Assembly (NCBI RefSeq): GCF_009914755.1 | Contig: NC_060934.1 | DNA length: 64,000 nucleotides | Source: the human T2T-CHM13v2.0 reference genome, Homo sapiens | Direction: 5' to 3' (one strand) | Shown: one piece after another, positions 42,600 through 53,206 of the stretch | Position numbering within the stretch: position 1 is the stretch's first letter | Layout: the number at the start of each line of letters is the position of its first letter | Translations under genes and position numbers: made by a program | Notes under the pieces: generated by a model | The model's input: the letters and a program-made list of their open reading frames with translations, nothing else | Database searches by the model: none | What the model was told of the DNA's origin: nothing

Positions 42600-44830
42600 C
42601 ATTTTTTAAATTATGGAACATTTCAAATGTACACAAAAGTAAAGAGGATAGTACTACAAATGCCCAACTTCAGAAAAATTTCTTCAACTATACCTCAAAC
42701 CACTTCTCCGTACACTGCATTACTTTGAAGAGGTCCCAGGCGTTGGCTTTCATTGATAAGTATTAGTGTAGGTCTCTCTGAACGGTAAAGCCTCTTTTAT
42801 CAACATAATGCTACTATCACTTCTAAACAATTAGCAGCAATTACTTAATATAATCAAATACCTAGGCAGCCTTCACATATCTCTGGTTGTCTTATAAATT
42901 TTTGCTGGAATCAGGATGCAGAGAGGGTCTATATATGACATTTGGTCAATGTGTCTCTAGCGTCTTTTAATCAATAGATCTCACCTGCCTTATATTCAAC
43001 AATGTGTTTGTTATACAAATTGGCTCTTGTCCTGCAGAATTTTCCACAGATTTTTCCAATTTTCCTGGATCCTGCCAATTACTCCCTTATGGTGTCATTT
43101 ATCTGTTTCCTGTCATCTGTTTCCTGTTCTTCCTGTCATCTGGGAGTTAAATCAAGGTTTAGAGGCTTGTTCTGTTGAGATTTGGTGTTTTGGCAAGAAC
43201 ACTTCCTGTATATTTTCATAGGTAACCCAGTAGCAATTATTGTATTAAGCTGTGATTTCATCAGAGCCTTGAAAATTTATAATATTCTAGTTTGCCTTAC
43301 ATCTTTATCTTTACTTTTAGAGAAACCCTCCTTCATCAACCGCTTAGTGGCTTGGACTATTTGGTACAGTTCACATAGCAGAGTCAGGCTAAGTTCCCAA
43401 CCCTGGCCCACTTCTCAGGAGAATGAAGCTGCTCCTTGAGTCTTGCTAAGGGACCAAGGAATGCTGTCTGAGCTGTTATTTTTCTTAGTAGTGTTATGAA
43501 CTCATGAGTTAAACACATTGCATGTGTTTTCTATCCATTCCAGTTTTCATCCCTACTGATGTACACACTATTCCGTCATCTTTCCTAGTGGGAGCCTCCC
43601 AAAGTCAGCTCCTTGGCTCTCATCACATGATCCCAGGAGATTTTCACAGCCTGCTTGCCTTTCTGGTGACGCCAAAGTTCCAGACTCTTCTTACACATTT
43701 TCTGTTCTTTTTAATGAGAAATGGTATCTAGAGACAAAAATCTAGGTATAAACGATGCTCATTGCTATTGTGTTGGCTATGGCTTCTAGATCTTATCAGT
43801 TAAGAAATAATTTTTTAAGAGAAAGTAATTAAGAGTTCATACTGATATTCAAATATATGCATAGAGTGTTACTTAATATTTTGGTTTTATATTTGCATCT
43901 TCTTTCTCTAACACTAAAAATCTTGCTTTGAATGACATGAACATACTTACCAATTTAAGCTAATCCACCACATTGGCTTCTGACAAACCCCTGTTCCAGG
44001 AAGTTCTCTAAGATTTCCCATTTATCTGTTATTCCTTGAGTTAGAGCAGGAGCTGACTGTAAATCCTGCCCTTAGCTCAAATAACATTGATGTTGTCACA
44101 CTTCAATTGTCTTACACGTCCCTCCTGAGCCACCCCTCCCCTGTGGTATATGAGCCCTGGGTCTGGGGGTAGGGGCACAGGGATCCATCATCTTGTCTTG
44201 TCACCACCCGAGACACAGACATGCCTTCTGTTTATAAGTCCCTATTAAATATTTCTAAGAAAAAAACCCATACTTACCTATTTGCTCTATCTGTCATCTA
44301 TCAATATTTCTAAGAACAGTTTAAGATTTTATTTAAAATTCATAATTTTGTGTTCGGGTATATTCCCATTATGGGTTAAATCAAATTACTTATTTGAAAA
44401 ACATTTGATATAATTTCCTTTTGTGAAATCATGCCACCTATGCATTAGGTTCATTTGTTTCATTTTGCTCTCAGTTTTTAGGTGCTTCTTTTTTAAATTT
44501 TTTGATTTAATTTAGTTTTAAAATTCTGGAAGGTATGTCATGGGTCCAAGTCAAATCTACCCAAAAAAAGTGTAGATTCAGGGAAACCTAGCTCCTTTTC
44601 CTTATCCCACCAGCCTGTTTTCTTTCTTCCCCATAATCATTTTTTAATTATTCTATGGTTTTCCTTTAATATCAGGAAATCCATATAAATAGGCATACAT
44701 CTATAATCTCTCCTTCAGTGAATGGTAAACACACTGTACCCATGTTTCTCCCCCTTGTCCTGGGAATTACTTCCTGCAAGGATGGAGAGATGGTCTTCAT
44801 TCCTTTCTACAGCTGCGTAATGCTGCATGG
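42600..44830 (-). mobile_element. Old L1M (MC/ME-type) 3' region, antisense, interrupted by an LTR retrocopy
   Basis: TTATGGAACATTTCAAATGTACACAAAAGTAAAGAGGATAGTA; AT-rich L1 3'UTR-like tract to ~44830. Confidence 0.65.
43957..44266 (+). mobile_element. ERV1 LTR fragment (MER39/MER34-like) ending at its poly(A) site
   Basis: GGTATATGAGCCCTGGGTCTGGGGG...GAGACACAGACATGCCTTCTGTTTATAAGTCCCTATTAAA; A7 tail; flanking CATACTTACCAATTT / CATACTTACCTATTT. Confidence 0.75.
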
Positions 44831-44989
44831 CAGGGAGGTACCCAGCTTCTTGGTCCTCCACTCACCACCTCCTCAGCCCCTAGCTCCCAAGTTCTCAATC
44901 ATTTCAGACCTGCTATTGCCCTCCAACCCAACCACAAGAGAGCCAAGGCAATCACAGTTATGACAAAATGACTTCATTAGCTTATTGTA

Positions 44990-45130
44990 CCTACCCATGC
45001 TAAGCACTTGCATCATCCCATTTAATATTTGCAACAGTCATATGACATAGGTACCAAATGGAGGTTTGGAGAAATCAAGTCATATGTCCAAGGTCACACA
45101 GCTGGTGTGAGGTAGATCTGAGAGTGCAGT
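44990..45130 (-). mobile_element. MIR
   Basis: TGCTAAGCACTT...TGTCCAAGGTCACACAGCTGGT. Confidence 0.6.
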
Positions 45131-45649
45131 GCTTAAGACCCTGTGGCCAAAATTCACAAACTTAGCAGCTCAGCTACAGACTCTCCTGGCTGTACCACCT
45201 GGAGTTCTGTGTGGCTCTGCCCAGCAGCACACAGAGAAGTGGAAATAGATGGCTGGACATACCTGGCACCTGTGAGCCATACCCAAAGGCTCCTGGGAGG
45301 CCAGACCTCAGAGAGCAATAGGGCAGGATGGGAACCCACCTAAGCCAGGTGCCAGAACCCCCTGCAACCAGCCCAAGCCCCACCTATGCCTAGTTCTGTG
45401 ACCTTGAACCATTTATTCAACCTCTTAAGCCTCAGCTCTCTTGCCAGTAAATCACCTCAGAAATGTAGTGAGGAGAAAAGGAGGTTACAAATGAGAAAGC
45501 AACCAGAAGTGCCTGATCCACAGGAAGTGCTCAGTAAATATTTGTTGAGTCAAGTTAAGTAGAAAGCCACTTTTGAACAGCAGCTCCCAGGAAATCATCC
45601 ACAGCAAGCGTGGAAGAGAGTCCGTGCAGCCTGTCCAGGAACAGGTGCT

Positions 45650-45814
45650 CTTTCTTCTCCAAGGGTGACCCCTGGACCAGCAGCATCAGCATCACCTGAG
45701 GACTTATTAGAAATGCACATACCCAGGCCCCACAGAGGACCCACTGAAGCAGGAACTCTGAGGGAGGGCCCCAGCAATCGGTGCTTCCTCCTTCGGGGGA
45801 CTTGAGAACCACTG
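45650..45814. mobile_element. MER5A
   Basis: GGACCAGCAGCATCAGCATCACCTGAGGACTTATTAGAAATGCA...TTGAGAACCACTG. Confidence 0.85.
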
Positions 45815-45839
45815 CTCACACTCATTCATTTCACATGAA

Positions 45840-46220
45840 GTGCACGGAAGAACATGAGGCAGGCAAAGTAGATGTCGTCTTGGAATTGCTTTCTGGAAGA
45901 AGGGAGTGCATAGACAGAGCATAGCCCAGGAACAAAGAAGTGGGATGGTTTCTGTTAGTGATCATGACCATGAAGAATAGAGTGAGGGGTGTGACAGAGG
46001 TCAGCTGGGGTCGGGGTGAGGGTCTCTAGATAGGATAGCCAGGAAAAGTCTCTCTGAGGAAGTGACACTTGAGCTGAAGCTTGAACGGTGAGAAGGAAGC
46101 ACCCATGTCAGGATCAGGGCAGAGCGCTCCAAACAGAGGATCCGATAGGCAGGTGCAAAGGCCCTGGGGCAGGGTGGAGCTGCATGCAGAGAGGGGCAAG
46201 AAGCCCATAAGGCTGGAGCT
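45840..46220 (-). mobile_element. L2 fragment
   Basis: CAGGAAAAGTCTCTCTGAGGAAGTGACACTTGAGCTGA...GTGCAAAGGCCCTGGGGCAGG. Confidence 0.7.
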
Positions 46221-47035
46221 GGTGACTCTTACCTTGGTCCACCTCTGAGGCTAAAACAGTCCTGCACTAAACCCTGCAGCCACAGTGGGTGTGGGACAGG
46301 TACACAGTGGTCTTCCTCTCCCTGCTCCCTGTTCTCGTTATGGGAAAGAGAACAGGTGGCACCTGGGGTGCAGAGTAGCAACAGCACGCTTGGGCTTTGC
46401 ATTCCAGCCCTGCCTTGACAGTCTCTTTCCCCTCAGCCAGGCTGCTCTACGGAATCCCTGCTCTGCTTCTGCACTGGAGGTGGAAGCACCTCTTCCAAGA
46501 AGGCCCTGCTTCCACCACCGTGTTAGTGACATGGCACCAGGGAAAAGAGTGGTCTGAGGAGAAAGGGAACCCTGACTTTGACACCAGCTCTGCTGCCAAG
46601 TACGTAATTTGGGGTGAGGGACTTCACCTCTTTGACCTCATTCTGAATCTGGAAATGGAGGTAAGAATGCCTCCCTCCCAGAATGGTTGTGAAGATCCAA
46701 TCCACACTGTGTATGAGACCGCTAACCCAGCATGCAGCTTCTGGAGGTGCCTGGAAAACGGCAATGCTCACCATATTTTTCTTCATGCGCTTAAAGTCTC
46801 ATTTTAAGGCCCAATAAATTTTAGAAACAATGGTGGAAGCAAATGGGAACAACAATACCCATGATCTAGGAATACACTTGCGAAAGTTTCTGCTTAACAA
46901 CTGAACCCAGAGCAATCGCGGTGGAGAAATTGAAACTCTTTCACCATGAGCAGCTCAGCCCTGATCCCAAGTCAAGTCTGGCCTAATGGACATACCAGGC
47001 AATGAGGGTGAGGGTCCGTGACCAGGAGCAGAGCC

Positions 47036-47347
47036 CAGGACTGTCCAGTGGAAATACAGCCCACACCATATATGTCATTTCAAATCTTCTAGAGCCACAT
47101 TCCAAAAGTAGAAACGTGTGAAAGTAAATTTTAACAATATATTTTATTAAACCCAGAATGTCCAAGGTATTGTCATGTCAACATGTAATCAATACAGAAT
47201 ATTGTTGAGATATTTTCCAAGGTTTTCTTTGTACTAAGGAAATCCAGTGTGCATTTTACACTCACAGAACATCTTGGTTCAGACCAGCCATGTTTCAAGT
47301 GCTCATTAGCCACATAGGGTTGGTGGCCACTCAAGTGGACAAAGTGG
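47036..47347. mobile_element. MER33 (hAT-Charlie)
   Basis: CTGTCCAGTGGAAATA...CATGTAATCAATA...TTTCAAGTGCTCATTAGCCACATAGG. Confidence 0.85.
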
Positions 47348-47355
47348 CTCTAGGG

Positions 47356-47695
47356 CAGAGGTCAGCAAACTGTCCATGAGCCAAATCCCTGTGCTGTCTG
47401 TTCTGGACAGCCCTGTGAGCTAAGAGTGGTTGTACACACTTCAATAATTGGAGGGAAAATGTCAAAATAAGAATATTTGTAATACATGGAATTGTATGAA
47501 AATCAACTTTCTTCTTTTAAACTCTGAAACTGAAGTTTTATTTACCGTGTTAGTCACTCCTATTTGTGTAGAGTGTCTCTAATTGCTTTCATGCTACCAT
47601 GGCCTAACTGAGCTCTTTTGACAAAGACCCACTGGCCTGCAAAGCTGAAAATATTTACCATCTGGCCTTTTGCAGAAAAAGTTTGTCAACCCGTC
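47356..47695. mobile_element. MER58B (hAT-Charlie)
   Basis: CAGAGGTCAGCAAACT ... ATTTACCATCTGGCCTTTTGCAGAAAAAGTTTGTCAACCC; perfect 8-bp TSD CTCTAGGG (47348-47355 and 47696-47703). Confidence 0.88.
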
Positions 47696-48444
47696 CTCTA
47701 GGGAGTAGCTCCTCTTAACGCTGGGCTTCCAGATCTCTCTGAGTGTGGAGAGAGGAGCAACTACACCCAGATCCACCAGGAAGCCGACCTCCCAGCTGGT
47801 TGCCATGGCTTTGTTGTGAGACTTGGTAGCACTTTAATAAACTGGATTTCCTTCACAGATTCTGTTTCTTATGTCTAAGTCTTCCATCGTAAAGTCCTAA
47901 ACAAAGAATCCTAAAGGAACTGCCTTGAGGAGAGGCCTCAGCCAAGGTGACCCTCAGTTGAATGTGACTATCGCCATCCCAGCACCAGGCTGGTCAGATA
48001 GGGAGAAGGGCAGCCCTATAGAAGGGGCCTCGGCAACTTGGGCTCTTTCAAGCTCTGAGCTACAAACAGGGCCCTGCCCCCATAACTCTAGCCCCTCTGA
48101 GCTACACATTAGCAGGCAACACCTCACCAACCTAGTGCTCCTGCAAGAGAGATCCTCCGGCTCAGGCCCCTCAGCAGGCAGCCAGCCCAGCTGGGCCTAA
48201 GCCCCTGAAGTGAGGGCTCCTCCAGTGAGGCACCATCTTGCCATCAGGCTTGGAAATACACTCGTGCTGTGCTCACAGTGGGCACAGAATCCCCATAACA
48301 AATCGGTAGCTAAGGAGGTGCCCTGCAGGCATTGCCCTCTCTGCAGGGAGAGGCAAGGAGAACAGCTGGCTGTGTCCTGCACTTGGGCTGGGAGAGTACT
48401 AACTGGATAGGTGGGAAGGTGAGCCCTCGTCTGCATCTTCTGTG

Positions 48445-48600
48445 CTGCTATTAGCTGTGGCATCCTGGGACCTCTGCAAGCCTCAGTTTCCTCATCCTTA
48501 AAAAGGAAACATTAGCTGCCATCTTACAGGGAGACTAAGTATTTTGTGGAACAAAGCACAGAAAGTGTTTTCCTGGCACATAATGAGTGCTCAGGAAATA
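48445..48600 (+). mobile_element. MIR
   Basis: TAGCTGTG...AAGCCTCAGTTTCCTCATC...TGGCACATAATGAGTGCTCAG. Confidence 0.7.
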
Positions 48601-50004
48601 TCACTTCTCCATATCTCATCCTTCCCTAGCTCCCCAATGGATAGTGATTCATGGGGATGGGAAAAAATCATGCAGGGACCTATGATCAGGGGTGTATAGG
48701 GTGTGGGTTAATTGATGTGAGGACTTAGAACCATGTGGCACACAAAGTAAGCATTCTATGTTTGCTGGCTAGCATTTTCACTTGCTATTATTATTATTAA
48801 GCCATGGAAATGTACCACCGTCCTGAAGAACTTTACAGAAATGACTCCTAAAGGAAAGCTGGGTGATAATGAAGAAACGTTCCCCGACAGGAAGTCACAT
48901 ATAACCAGGACGCAAAGTTAAAAGAATCAGGTGAGTGGCTTCCTGTTATTTGCAGGGATATGAGCTTCAAATACCCAGAACCAGAAATTGGCCTGAAGGA
49001 CCCATTCTGCACTGCCCTTATTACCAGCTTTTGAACATTTCTAATTAATACCAATACAGAGCAGATTAAATTTGCTGCAAAATTAAGTTAGCGATCACCA
49101 CGTGCGGCAAGGCCATAGCTAGACCGTTTTTTACCCACGCTGTTGGGTGGGTGTGCTGCCCTCACAGTGTTCCAGAGGCCTTGCTGAGGGGTGCAGCCAG
49201 TGAAGCCACTGCAAGGATGGGCCACCACAGCACGCCGCCTGAGGACAGCTTTATTTATGCTCTTGCAGAATGTACAAGTGGGCCTTGTTTTTCTGGACGG
49301 CTAGGGAGCACACTGGCTCACATAGCGTCCATGGTTCCACATTTAGAGTTGTGTCTTCATTCACATTCTTTCCATGCAGCTCACAGCTCCTGGACTGGAT
49401 GACAGTGGTCACTTTGCCTGGGCCAGTCCCCCGGACAGATGCCAGCTCTGGGCCATGCAGACCCTGAGCTTGGGCTCAGTTTTTGGTCTGGAGCTTGGGC
49501 TCAGTTCTGCGGCTGTGTTTCTGGCTGGGGATGGTCTGCATCAGGATACCCGCTGTAACTGACACAGACATAGAGTCTATTACACAGGGCAGGTGGGGGA
49601 ACATCCAGGAGAAATTAGATTCTGCAGGTGTCAGCTATGCTCAGGCTTGCTGGTTGGAGCCTCCAGCCAAGCTCTGAGGGCTGCCTGCTCCTAGGACAGG
49701 CTCTTGCTGGGTCAACTGTGTTTTATTATTCTCTCCCTACCCCTCCTGCTGATGTCATTGACAAAGCTACCCGCCAGTGCCCGGCCCCCGGAACATTCCC
49801 CAGCCATCCCACGGTGCTCTTTCCTCAATCAGCCACTTCAAGCAAACACCATTCGCTCCTGCTGCAGAGCAAAGCTTGCTGTTTCTAGGATCCTAAACAA
49901 GACATGAGGTCATGCTCTCCACCTGTGAAGAATGAAACGTAAGCTGGGGAAGGAAGGTGCTGAGGAGGGGAGGAAAGCAAATTAGGAAGACCAGCGGCCC
50001 TGCC

Positions 50005-50365
50005 GAAGCTTTCAGCTCATGTTACTCACACCCCAAAGCAAACTCCTCCATAAAATGAGGTTTAGTAATGCAACATTTTCTAACATCTGGAACAAAATGA
50101 TTTGGGTCAAACAGATGACATATGAACTGACTGTAAATTTGTTTCAATGTGTACTGGGAGGGAGGGAAATTAACAAATATGTCAAATCCATGATCTATTA
50201 AGTATTGTTGTTTTCCATAAAGTTCTTCTGTTCAAGAAAAAAAGCAAGTCAATTTAAATTTTCTTTAAAGGAAAATAGTAAGTAAATGTTGATACAGATG
50301 GTTGAGGTGTAGCAAAAATCATGGGAAAAAATAACAAATAAATGACTAACATTTTGGGAAGCTTT
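50005..50365. mobile_element. Probable hAT-Charlie DNA transposon remnant
   Basis: AT-rich body ending GCAAAAATCATGG...AATGACTAACATTTTGGGAAGC, like Charlie termini. Confidence 0.4.
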
Positions 50366-50399
50366 GCAATAGACGAGCATATTCATGTACATGAGCTCC

Positions 50400-50535
50400 C
50401 CTGACCCTGAATCCCACAGAGCACAGGCATTCTCTCCACTTTAGAGATGGGTAAACTGAGGCTCAGGAAGGGTAAGTATGTGACATGTCAACTGACCAGG
50501 AAATAATGGAGCCAGGGCTCAAAATCCTGTGTACT
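50400..50535 (-). mobile_element. MIR
   Basis: CACTTTAGAGATGGGTAAACTGAGGCTCAG...GGAGCCAGGGCTCAAAATCC. Confidence 0.7.
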
Positions 50536-51589
50536 TTTTAAATGTTGGCTCCCATCTCAAGTTGATGGCTTTTGTCTGACCTTTTGGCATGCGTTTGTTT
50601 TGGCAAATGGGGAGGTAGGGAGGTGGGTGGGTAAAATTGAGGGGTTCACTTTGGGCCTCCCTCAAAGCATCTCTGAGTGCGGAGCAGCAAGTAATCATCC
50701 CCACAGCGAGGTTCTGAAGCTCTCAGGGCAAAAGGCAAGTCTTGAGGCTCCCAGGAGGAGGCGGGTCTGAATGCTCCTGCTGGTTGGAATCTCACACCTT
50801 AGTCTGCAGGGCAAGGAGGAGCTGTTCTTTGTGACTTGGTTTAGACAAAAGTACATAGACCTGGGTCCCTGTGGCCCTGGCTGTCAGCCGGTTCAAGGCT
50901 GGAGGTGGTGCCAGGCCCCAGCTTGGGGCTGGGACACAGGTTGCTGCCCTTGAAGAGCCCACAGGGGCAGAAGGGACAGTCTACAAATAGACCCAAAGAC
51001 ACAGCACACTGCAAACTTGCAGAGGCTTTGAGCGCTGCACAGAGCAGGACACCCAGCGGGGGCCAGTCATCTCCGCTTTCTCAGGCCACAGTCAGGGAAG
51101 CATAAAAAAGAACCTTGGAGAGAAAGGGGGAAAAAAAACCACTCTTGCATTAAATCCTGGTAGCAAGCAGACTATCCTAGGGCCAGCTTGGGAGAGTAAG
51201 GAAGGCACTCTGGGAGCTGGCATGGCACAAGCCAAGGAAAAGCCAGTGGAAAAAGTTGGGGGATCTGTGGGCAGTTTGGGGAGCAGGTGACCCCAGCATG
51301 AGACAGAAAGCAGCCATTGGGAAGGCAGGCATGAGCCCACCTCAGGGTTGAAGGGAGGCCAGCCCTTCCCAGAGGTGGAGAGGGGAGCCTGGCAGAACGG
51401 GACTTGTCCACTGGTGCTTGGACTTTGCAAACAACCGGGCTTGCTGTAGCCAAGCTTACCAAGTGGACACTTACCTTGCCTCTTCCCCGATTATTTCATA
51501 TCCTTCTGTAACTCTCACCCTGAGACCCAGCCTGGCCTTCCCCTAGCTGCAGATTATTCTGCTCCAAAAGCACAGCAGAGGACGGCTCC

Positions 51590-52450
51590 TTACTCGAGGA
51601 ATGCGGGCGGCGGTCGTCCAGAGCCGATGATGAAACGGGCTATTTCTGCCCCGGGACATCAGCAGGGCTCTGGGCTCTGGCTCCAAGGCACACACTCTCC
51701 TGTTTTTAATGTTTCCCTAAACAAATGTTTTCCTTCCCACCTCGGGATATTTTTATTTGACTCTAGGTGCTGGAATAGCTTTAGCAATCATTCTGGATTG
51801 AAGTTGGAATCGTGGTTAGGGTCCGGCTAAGCGGCAAGCAATTTCTCACTCCCCAAGTGATCTGTTACTCGTGGCTGATTTGGAAGTAAAAATAGCAGCT
51901 GAGGCTGTTTGTTTAATCTGACTGTTACTTGACACCACGCGGGTGTTGCAGTGCGGACTGTTTGCCTCTTCCCCACCAAGAACACCATTTGGTTTCCCCC
52001 GGCTGGGTCTCTATTTAGGTAAGCTTCGCGGACTTCCCGTGTCTGGCCGGCTTCTGGTCACTGATCTTCCTCAGGTGGGTAGGTTTGTGAGCTAGAGGAG
52101 GCTTGGGTCCTGAATCCACTCTCCTATCACCTTTGGGCAGCCTGGATAAAGAGGAAAGAAGTCTTGGCTGCTGGGCAGAGCCGGGTTTCTCTCCCATTCC
52201 CGAGGAGGCCTGAGCAGCTGGACACGCAGAGAGCGGAAGGTACAGCCCAGACACTTGTCTGGCTCCTTAGCGTGGGCAGGGAGGCTCAAGTTCATGGCGG
52301 GAGGGATGTTCCCGCTGGGCCGATGCTGTGCTGGGGAAGTAGTTCGGTGCCAGGGTGCTGTGCAGGGTGGTATGTGTGTGCCGGGAGCCCATTGGTGTTG
52401 GGGCTAAGGTTCTTGGTGTGCTGGATGGGCCTCGGGGACCACGTACCCAG
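51590..52450. promoter_or_regulatory. CpG-enriched, repeat-free candidate promoter/enhancer
   Basis: Locally raised CpG density; GGAATG (51598), TAAACA (51718), GTAAAAATAG (51886), TGTTTGTTTA (51906). Confidence 0.45.
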
Positions 52451-53009
52451 AACCGTGTACATGTGTGACTTTGTCCTTAGGTGTCATCTGTCAGGGATCT
52501 CTGCTCCCACATGGCTGAGTGCACAGATGTGCCCAGGCCACTGCGCTGTCAAATGGGGGACCCCATGGTCCCAGGTTTTCAGCATTCAGGGCTGAGGGAG
52601 GCTGGCTTTCTTAGCTCCCCCAGCGCTGGGCCAGGCAGGGTCACACCAGCTGTAACAAAGAGAAAAACTGGTGACTGAGACGTTCTGGCCTGTGGGCTCT
52701 GCGAGCATGTGTGTCCCCAAAACAAAGCCCGCCACAGGCTGCCTGTTCTTACACACCCTGGGAGGGCCCCCACCAGACTCCCACAGGGTATGCTTGACTG
52801 AGTCTAAAATTACCTCTTTTATTTTCTGGTGGAGAAGAATTGAACATTGAGAACGGCAGTGGTCAATGTGTGTGGAAAGCTAGATAGCCTTAAGAAAAAT
52901 CATTGTGTAGGCCTTTCAGGTAGCTCCCTAAGTATAGGAACCTGGGAAGCAGATTAAACAGATGTGTATAGTAAATGAGGTCCTGTTTTCCAGCATTTGA
53001 GTTCCCTTT

Positions 53010-53206
53010 GCAGTAGTGGCTGGTAACTCTGGTCTGTGGTCTGAGCATCTGGTTTTGTAAATAAAGTTTTATTGGCACACAGCCACCTTCATTCATTTGC
53101 ATATTGTCTAAGGCTGCTTCTACACTATATCAGCAGAAACCATATGGCCTGCAAAACTGAAAACGCTTACAATGTGGCCCTTTACAGAAAAAGTTTGCTG
53201 ACCACT
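53010..53206. mobile_element. MER58A
   Basis: TTTTGTAAATAAAGTTTTATTGGCACACAGCCA...TGGCCCTTTACAGAAAAAGTTTGCTGACCACTG. Confidence 0.88.
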
